This document shows positions 58,645-64,000 of a stretch of DNA of 64,000 nt, one piece after another. Below the pieces are notes generated by a model. It was not told where the DNA came from and ran no database searches. It saw only the letters and a program-made list of their open reading frames with translations. Source of the DNA: an uncultured Gammaproteobacteria bacterium (lineage in GTDB: Bacteria > Patescibacteriota > Patescibacteriia > Magasanikbacterales > UBA922); contig CAYUTO010000003.1 of the NCBI GenBank assembly GCA_964447765.1, positions 72,919 to 136,918 on the forward strand. The letters are read 5' to 3'. Both the position numbers and the translations under genes were made by a program. Every line of letters begins with the position of its first letter. Position 1 is the stretch's first letter.

Positions 58645-58796
58645 TCCCCCGTCCTAAGTCTGTTCGGCACACGAACAGACTTAGGACGCCCATCTTCAAA
58701 AGATTTCACCATCTTTTTTTTATTATACCAGGCAGGTACGTTTGATTTTTTATCATTCTTCTGTTACACTCCGCAATACAAAACTAACTTGTTACT

Positions 58797-59870
58797 ATGT
58801 TATCGATTGGAATTGTCGGACTCCCCAATGTAGGAAAATCAACACTTTTTAACGCGCTTACCAAAAGTAAGCTCGCTGAAGCTGCTAATTATCCTTTTTG
58901 TACTATTGAACCTAATGTTGGTGTAGTTGAAGTTCCAGACGAGCGACTTGCGCCACTTGCCACTACTTCAAAATCGGGAAAAATTATCCCAACCGCAATT
59001 CAATTTGTTGATATTGCAGGAATTGTAAAAGGCGCATCAGAAGGTGAAGGATTGGGAAACAAATTTCTTACTCATATCCGTGAAGCTGACGCGATTGTAC
59101 AGGTCGTACGTGCGTTTGAAGATGGAAATATCATTCACGTATCAGGAAAAGTAGATCCAAAAGACGATAGTGATGTAATCAATCTTGAACTCGCACTTGC
59201 CGACCTTGCAACCGTCTCAAAACGATTGGATAAAACAAAACGCGATGCAAAAGGTGCAGCGGCAAAAGGAAAAGAAGTGGAGATTGCAGTACTCGAAAAA
59301 CTAAACGCACAATTGGGAAGTGGATTACCCACACGAGATCTTGAATTTAATGATGATGAAAAACTAATTGTACGAGATCTACACTTACTTACCATGAAAC
59401 CCATGATGTACGTGGTGAATGTAGAAGAAACTGCGGTAGGGAAAGTAGATTTCAAAAGTATTTTTGGTGCAACTCCCTATATAGAGATCAGTGCAAAAAT
59501 TGAATCAGAAATTGCTGAATTAAATTCTGAAGATGCAAAAATGTTTATGGATGATCTAGGAATGAAAGAAACTGGGCTTGATCGATTAATTGTTGCTGGA
59601 TACAAACTACTTAATCTCATTACATACTTTACTTCTGGAGAACAAGAAACACGTGCATGGACAGTTACAAGTGGGACTCTCGGCCCTGATGCTGCAGGAG
59701 TCATTCATACTGATTTTGTCAAAGGATATATCAAAGCTGATGTTGCAAGTGTTGCCGACTTTGTAGAACTTGGTGGCTGGCCAGGAGTAAAAGAAAAAGG
59801 AAAGATGCAGTTAGTCGGAAAAGATTATGAAGTGAAAGATGGTGATGTATGTTACTTTCATATCGCTTAA
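58797..59870 (+). CDS. ychF: Redox-regulated ATPase YchF (Obg-family)
   Basis: GIVGLPNVGKSTLFNALT P-loop, DIAGIVKGAS, TGS-type C-terminus. Confidence 0.9.
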   Translation: MLSIGIVGLPNVGKSTLFNALTKSKLAEAANYPFCTIEPNVGVVEVPDERLAPLATTSKSGKIIPTAIQFVDIAGIVKGASEGEGLGNKFLTHIREADAIVQVVRAFEDGNIIHVSGKVDPKDDSDVINLELALADLATVSKRLDKTKRDAKGAAAKGKEVEIAVLEKLNAQLGSGLPTRDLEFNDDEKLIVRDLHLLTMKPMMYVVNVEETAVGKVDFKSIFGATPYIEISAKIESEIAELNSEDAKMFMDDLGMKETGLDRLIVAGYKLLNLITYFTSGEQETRAWTVTSGTLGPDAAGVIHTDFVKGYIKADVASVADFVELGGWPGVKEKGKMQLVGKDYEVKDGDVCYFHIA

Positions 59871-59910
59871 CCTAGTCACGAGTCAGTAAAGTCATAAAGT
59901 CGAAAGTAAA
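59871..59910. repeat. Intergenic repeat, family R1 (partial)
   Basis: cctagtcacgagtcagtaaagtcataaagtcgaaagtaaa. Confidence 0.55.
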
Positions 59911-59971
59911 ATGCACATGCAAAAAAAGTAAACGAAAAAGTTAAAAGAAAATACAAATACAATTCATAAAT

Positions 59972-60002
59972 AAAAATCCGCCGTATGGCGGGTTTTGTTT
60001 TT
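59972..60002 (+). terminator. Rho-independent terminator after ychF
   Basis: aaaaatccgccgtatggcgggttttgttttt. Confidence 0.7.
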
Positions 60003-60127
60003 ACCTTTCGTCCTTATCTTCAGGACTCATCAGTTCATGTTTCACATGAAGAGGTCGGCCGTTTTTTTGAGGTACGGCGTAACCTCTCTCCGTTTTACGA
60101 AATGGAGATAAAACTTATACGTAAGGA

Positions 60128-60460
60128 TCAATCAGACTTCTGGTTCATCGCCTCCCACGTCTCTTCGAGAGACTTGCGCACTGCCTCTTGCTCGTGGAAT
60201 TCTCTGTTCACCTTCAGGACAAGGTCCTTCAGATTCAGGAGTATGAAGTAAAGCACGATATCATCTTCTTCGGACAACCCCTTGTCCGAATAGTAGATCC
60301 CTCGAGCTTCGGAGTATTTAACACTCCCTTTCTCCTTTTCTCCGGTCACCTGGACTTCCACTTCCACCACCCATGCGAGACCAGTGATACGGTCTCTGAT
60401 GGCGTCGGAGATCGCGGTAATCTGAAGTACCCACTGCTCTCGCTTGATTTTACTGTTCAT
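60128..60460 (-). CDS. Hypothetical protein in GC-rich islet 6
   Basis: 110 aa. Promoter-like gcCTTGACAacaagcgcttattttggTTAACT on the minus strand upstream (~60565-60595). Confidence 0.4.
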   Translation of the reverse strand: MNSKIKREQWVLQITAISDAIRDRITGLAWVVEVEVQVTGEKEKGSVKYSEARGIYYSDKGLSEEDDIVLYFILLNLKDLVLKVNREFHEQEAVRKSLEETWEAMNQKSD

Positions 60461-60592
60461 TCAGTTCCCCTTGGTGGCCATTACAGACCGATTGAAATGC
60501 ACACAAACCTAGAAACCAACTTTGATTTCCACCATTGTGCGCACTTATACTTAAAGGAGAATGATTTAGTTAACCAAAATAAGCGCTTGTTG

Positions 60593-60853
60593 TCAAGGCT
60601 TATCTATTCCACCTTTGGACCAGGGATTACATCGAATTATCCGCCAGGCCGCTCTGGGTAGACCCTGGATCACTCCATATTTTTTGATTACTTGATACCC
60701 ATACTCACTACAACTCGGAGTAAATTTACAATATCCATAGGGAAATTTTGCCTTCATAGGCCCATGATCAGGTGAAAGTGTTCGCTGATACACCCGAATA
60801 ACAAATAGGAGTATATTTTTGGGAATGGTAATAATAAAACGAAGTAATCGCAT
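60593..60853 (-). CDS. yidD: Membrane protein insertion efficiency factor YidD
   Basis: YQRTLSPDHGP...CKFTPSCSEYGYQVIKKYG; canonical YidD. Confidence 0.8.
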   Translation of the reverse strand: MRLLRFIITIPKNILLFVIRVYQRTLSPDHGPMKAKFPYGYCKFTPSCSEYGYQVIKKYGVIQGLPRAAWRIIRCNPWSKGGIDKP

Positions 60854-60883
60854 ATTTTAGCTTAGTTGAGAGAAAAAAGACGA

Positions 60884-61261
60884 TTAGATGAGTAATCGAG
60901 CTTTTTTGAGAATAGATTCAATATCCTGAGTAATATCAGCATATTCTGCGCTAAAAAGCTTTGGAGTAGATAAAAATGCAATAAAGTAGCCTTCTTTAAT
61001 TCTTTTATCCTTAAGGAGCAGACGAACCACTTCTCGCATCTGCCGCTTCACTCGATTACGCCCCACAGCTTTCTTTTCATGCTTCACACTCGCTACAAAC
61101 CCGATTTTTAGATCATTTTCTACATATCCACGCTTAGGATACTTAGCCGGATCAATTTTCCAGATCTTTGCCCCCACAATATTACCCGACACAAATCTAC
61201 CCTCTTTAAAAAGGATTTCAAAGTCTTTCATTTTTTTAAGCCTACACTCCTGAGATAACAT
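60884..61261 (-). CDS. rnpA: RNase P protein component
   Basis: KKAVGRNRVKRQMREVVRLLL basic RNR-like motif. Start is uncertain: TTG at 61294, or ATG at 61261 or 61231. Confidence 0.75.
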   Translation of the reverse strand: MLSQECRLKKMKDFEILFKEGRFVSGNIVGAKIWKIDPAKYPKRGYVENDLKIGFVASVKHEKKAVGRNRVKRQMREVVRLLLKDKRIKEGYFIAFLSTPKLFSAEYADITQDIESILKKARLLI

Positions 61262-61299
61262 AGCTAAATTGTGTACGCCTTCATAAAGATACAAATTTT

Positions 61300-61340
61300 C
61301 TTTCGACTTTATGGACTTTCCGACTTTTGACTAAAGGTAA
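61300..61340. repeat. Intergenic repeat, family R1 (partial)
   Basis: tttcgactttatggactttccgacttttgac. Confidence 0.55.
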
Positions 61341-61387
61341 GTATAACACAAAGCCCCGTTTGAGCGAGGCTTTGAATTTGTTCAAGT

Positions 61388-61564
61388 TTATCTGGTCTTT
61401 TGAGTGCGTTTTCCTTTGCGTTCGCTACTCACCGTGAGTTTTTTTCGACCCTTAGCGCGTCGGCGCTTGAGTATATCACGACCATCTTTTGTCCTCATTT
61501 TTTTCAAAAAACCATGGGTTTTTGCTCGTTTTCGTTTTTTTGGTTGATACTTTCGCTTTGGCAT
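61388..61564 (-). CDS. rpmH: 50S ribosomal protein L34 (with C-terminal basic extension)
   Basis: [45 protein letters not shown]. Confidence 0.85.
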   Translation of the reverse strand: MPKRKYQPKKRKRAKTHGFLKKMRTKDGRDILKRRRAKGRKKLTVSSERKGKRTQKTR

Positions 61565-61759
61565 ACAAATGCTCCTTAAGTAATTACTAATAAATACACT
61601 ATACACTATTTTACCTGTTTTGTCAAGAAAAATTCCGTAATTTTAGAGAATTTGGAAGCCTCGCACCAGAACTCTATGTCCGAAATGGACATTTAGAGAC
61701 TGGTGCGAGACCAACGACTTGCCCGTCTTTCGAATACGGCTTTTAAGTCCGAGCGATGC

Positions 61760-62041
61760 TCAGACCTTTGGCCGTCCGAAAAAGACTCTCCCAACACTTT
61801 GCCCGTCCGGCAAGGGGACCTCGTAGGTCTCCCTGGGTCCGACCACGTACTGACTGCTCATGTTCGGACCATTCAGCTTGAAGGCCAGATGGTTGTCCTC
61901 GTAGTTCGTCATCTCGACGATGTTGAGGCTTTTCCGACCACGCTCTCGCTTTCGCTTGATTTTGACCTCTGCCACTCCCTTGCGGCGCACTCGACTATCA
62001 GTCGAGAGATTGCCATTCAGCTGTCTCCAGTCAATGTCCAT
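61760..62041 (-). CDS. Hypothetical protein in GC-rich islet 7 (between rpmH and dnaA)
   Basis: 93 aa. GAGGAG RBS 8 nt upstream. TTGACA-N17-TTTACT promoter-like on the minus strand at ~62063-62091. Confidence 0.35.
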   Translation of the reverse strand: MDIDWRQLNGNLSTDSRVRRKGVAEVKIKRKRERGRKSLNIVEMTNYEDNHLAFKLNGPNMSSQYVVGPRETYEVPLPDGQSVGRVFFGRPKV

Positions 62042-62147
62042 GCGTGCTTGCTCCTCTGAAGTTAGACTACCCGAGCTGCAATAGTAAACAAGAAAAACGC
62101 TTATTTGTCAATAATTTTTATTTCAGGCATACTAGATTTCCTCACAT

Positions 62148-62176
62148 TATCCACATCATCCACAGTTAATCCACAT
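62148..62176 (+). promoter_or_regulatory. Cluster of DnaA boxes upstream of dnaA
   Basis: ttatccaca (consensus DnaA box), tcatccaca and ttaatccaca within 30 bp. Confidence 0.6.
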
Positions 62177-62254
62177 CCTGTGCACTTCTTGCCTATAACC
62201 CACGATACTTCGAATTTTCAAACTGTGTTACAATTCCACACATAAAAAAACGTT

Positions 62255-63643
62255 ATGACCAATTACGAAATTTGGCAGTCAGTTCTCGCTGAATTCGAAC
62301 TCACACTCTCTAAAGCAAACTTCACTACCTGGTTTAAAAATACCGGTATTTCTCAATATGAGAATGGTAGCGTTGTTGTGTGTGTTCCAAATGCATTCAC
62401 CAAAAGCTGGCTCGAAAAAAAATATCATACTACCATTGTTAAAATCTTAGAACGCGTCACCGGAAAGCCCGTAAAAAAGATTGATTACGTAGTCGACAAT
62501 GTACGAAATATCAAAGAACAAGAATGCGGACCTACCTCTCTCGAGGCTGCAAAAACCCCTTCGTTTCACTCTTCGATTGCACCACTTCCTAAAAAGGCTT
62601 TATTAGTTCAGCAATTTGGTCTTAACCCTAAATACGTTTTTGAAACATTTGTCGTAGGTAAAGGCAATGAACTCGCTCATGCCGCTTCTCAAGCCGTAGC
62701 TTCTCGCCCAGGTGAAGCGTATAACCCACTCTTTATCTATGGTGGTGTAGGGCTAGGAAAGACTCACTTGATCCAGGCTATTGGACATACCATGCTCGCT
62801 GCCAACCCTAATGTGAAAATTCTCTACGTAAGTTCTGAGAAATTTACCAATGAGTTTGTAGCATCTATTAAAGAAGGTCGTGCCAAAGAATTCAAAGACC
62901 GCTACCGAAACGTGGACTTACTTTTGATCGATGATATTCAATTTATTGGAGGCAAGGAACAGACTCAAGAAGAATTCTTCCACACTTTTAACGAACTTCA
63001 TCAGATGGGTAAACAAGTAGTCATGACGAGTGACCGACCCCCAAAGGCTATCCCAGCCCTCGAAGATCGTCTTCGAAGTCGATTTGAATGGGGTATGATT
63101 GCCGATGTGTCTCAACCAGACCTAGAAACTCGTATTGCTATTATCCAAAAGAAAGCACAAGAACGTCAATTTCCTATTTCTACTGATATCCAAGCTCTGA
63201 TTGCAACGAACATCCAGAGTAATATTCGCGAACTCGAAGGTGCTTTGAATAAAATTATAGCCTTCCATGAGCTCAAAAATACTCCCCCAACTGAAGAATC
63301 TATTCGACACATCCTCTCAAGCTTTCAAGAACAAAACATGCGCCGCTCTCTTACTCCTAAAGACTTAATCGAGGAGGTTAACAAGTTTTATGACATTAAA
63401 CTTGAAGATACCTTAGGCAAGAGTCGAGAGAAGCGTTTTGCTTTCCCTAGACAAGTGATCATGTACCTCATGCGAGAAGAGCTCAAACTGTCTTATCCAA
63501 GTATTGGGGAAGAGCTTGGTGGACGCGACCATACAACTGCAATGCATGCTCATTCTAAAATTGTGTTACAGATAGAGAATGATCTTAAATTAAGACAGGA
63601 TATGGAGCTTATTAAGCAGAGGTTATACACAAACAAAATCTAA
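62255..63643 (+). CDS. dnaA: Chromosomal replication initiator protein DnaA
   Basis: AAA+ Walker A GGVGLGKTHLIQAIGH, Walker B LLLIDDIQF, sensor motifs, C-terminal DNA-binding helix-turn-helix (YPSIGEELGGRDHTTAMHA). Confidence 0.9.
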   Translation: MTNYEIWQSVLAEFELTLSKANFTTWFKNTGISQYENGSVVVCVPNAFTKSWLEKKYHTTIVKILERVTGKPVKKIDYVVDNVRNIKEQECGPTSLEAAKTPSFHSSIAPLPKKALLVQQFGLNPKYVFETFVVGKGNELAHAASQAVASRPGEAYNPLFIYGGVGLGKTHLIQAIGHTMLAANPNVKILYVSSEKFTNEFVASIKEGRAKEFKDRYRNVDLLLIDDIQFIGGKEQTQEEFFHTFNELHQMGKQVVMTSDRPPKAIPALEDRLRSRFEWGMIADVSQPDLETRIAIIQKKAQERQFPISTDIQALIATNIQSNIRELEGALNKIIAFHELKNTPPTEESIRHILSSFQEQNMRRSLTPKDLIEEVNKFYDIKLEDTLGKSREKRFAFPRQVIMYLMREELKLSYPSIGEELGGRDHTTAMHAHSKIVLQIENDLKLRQDMELIKQRLYTNKI

Positions 63644-63890
63644 TTTCTGTGCATAACTAAGCTAAAAAGTGTATATAAGGCGGTGGGCAGAAAGGGGAGA
63701 AGTAAATCTTTTCCACAGGTACTATCCACTTCATTTATTCCATGCACTTTCTGTTCTTTGTCTCCCCACCATGTTTCCACAACACAAAATCAAAATCTCC
63801 GCTGTGTTTAGCTCTAAAAATAACTTATCCCCTCTATTCACAGCCTCTATTATTATCTACTAGATATATATTATATAAAGAGAGACAAAT
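63644..63890 (+). promoter_or_regulatory. dnaA-dnaN intergenic region, candidate oriC (DnaA-box-like sites plus AT-rich unwinding element)
   Basis: ctatccact and tttccacaa box-like sites. AT-rich tract ttattattatctactagatatatattatataaag immediately before dnaN. Confidence 0.4.
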
Positions 63891-64000
63891 ATGAAATTAA
63901 CATCCACACGTGAAAATTTATTGTATAGTCTGGATATTGCAAGTACATTCGCAGGAAAGCATGCAAACCTACCAATATTACAAAACATACTAATTCGAGC
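63891..64000 (+). CDS. dnaN: DNA polymerase III beta sliding clamp (N-terminal fragment; continues beyond window)
   Basis: MKLTSTRENLLYSLDIASTFAGKHANLPILQNILI matches the DnaN N-terminus pattern (...PILxNxLl). Confidence 0.75.
   Translation, partial: MKLTSTRENLLYSLDIASTFAGKHANLPILQNILIR

Noticed and set aside
1-64000. Search for rRNA genes, CRISPR arrays, tmRNA/RNase P RNA/SRP RNA
   Set aside because: No long non-coding stretch with rRNA-like conservation, no regularly spaced direct repeats, and no recognisable conserved cores of these RNAs were spotted. Their absence cannot be proven without covariance-model searches.

Overview
This is a low-GC, gene-dense bacterial chromosomal segment whose gene content and architecture suggest a Candidate Phyla Radiation (Patescibacteria/Parcubacteria-like) genome; that assignment is inference. 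All calls are from reading the sequence; none were checked against a database.

Housekeeping genes, minus strand unless noted: pepA, ileS with a T-box-like leader, rpiB-rpe-trxB (+), rpsF-ssb-rpsR, tig, polA (+), ndh, holA (+), rpsT, rmuC, ychF (+). The window ends on the replication-origin neighbourhood: yidD-rnpA-rpmH on the minus strand, then a DnaA-box cluster, dnaA and the start of dnaN.

Three tRNAs are present: Arg-TCT next to a xerC-like integrase, His-GTG with an encoded CCA and G-1, and Arg-CCT.

The most striking accessory content is a tandem array of 11 paralogous genes at 18.9-26.5 kb on the minus strand. Each encodes a small secreted protein with a two-helix domain resembling T4SS pilins of the VirB2/TrbC type. 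Several copies are fused to cysteine-rich ectodomains; one carries a Myxococcus-type Cys-rich repeat. A solute-binding protein with no transporter partner sits inside the array.

Next to the array is a type IV pilus locus. It has a large prepilin-like protein (~600 aa), a pseudopilin, a coiled-coil protein and a ~460 aa anchored protein on the minus strand, and pilB-pilC-pilM-pilN-pilO on the plus strand. The rpsF-ssb-rpsR operon separates the two halves.

At least seven short segments have visibly higher G+C than their surroundings: ~40.2-41.2, 42.9-45.5, 48.3-48.95, 54.9-56.9, 58.3-58.7, 60.0-60.5 and 61.65-62.1 kb. Each carries one to four small genes of unknown function, mostly with their own TTGACA-N17 promoter and a hairpin terminator. 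They sit beside tRNAs, beside intergenic repeat elements, or inside the rpmH-dnaA origin region. Two of them contain ~90-bp direct repeats in which promoter and leader sequence is duplicated; in one case the repeats flank a putative membrane metalloprotease (HEMKH motif).

Two families of intergenic palindromic repeats recur. One is built from gtcgaaagtc/gactttcgac words (6 loci, including an in-frame 7-mer tandem inside ileS). The other is built from aagattaaagatt words (4 loci).

No CRISPR array and no rRNA gene were seen.
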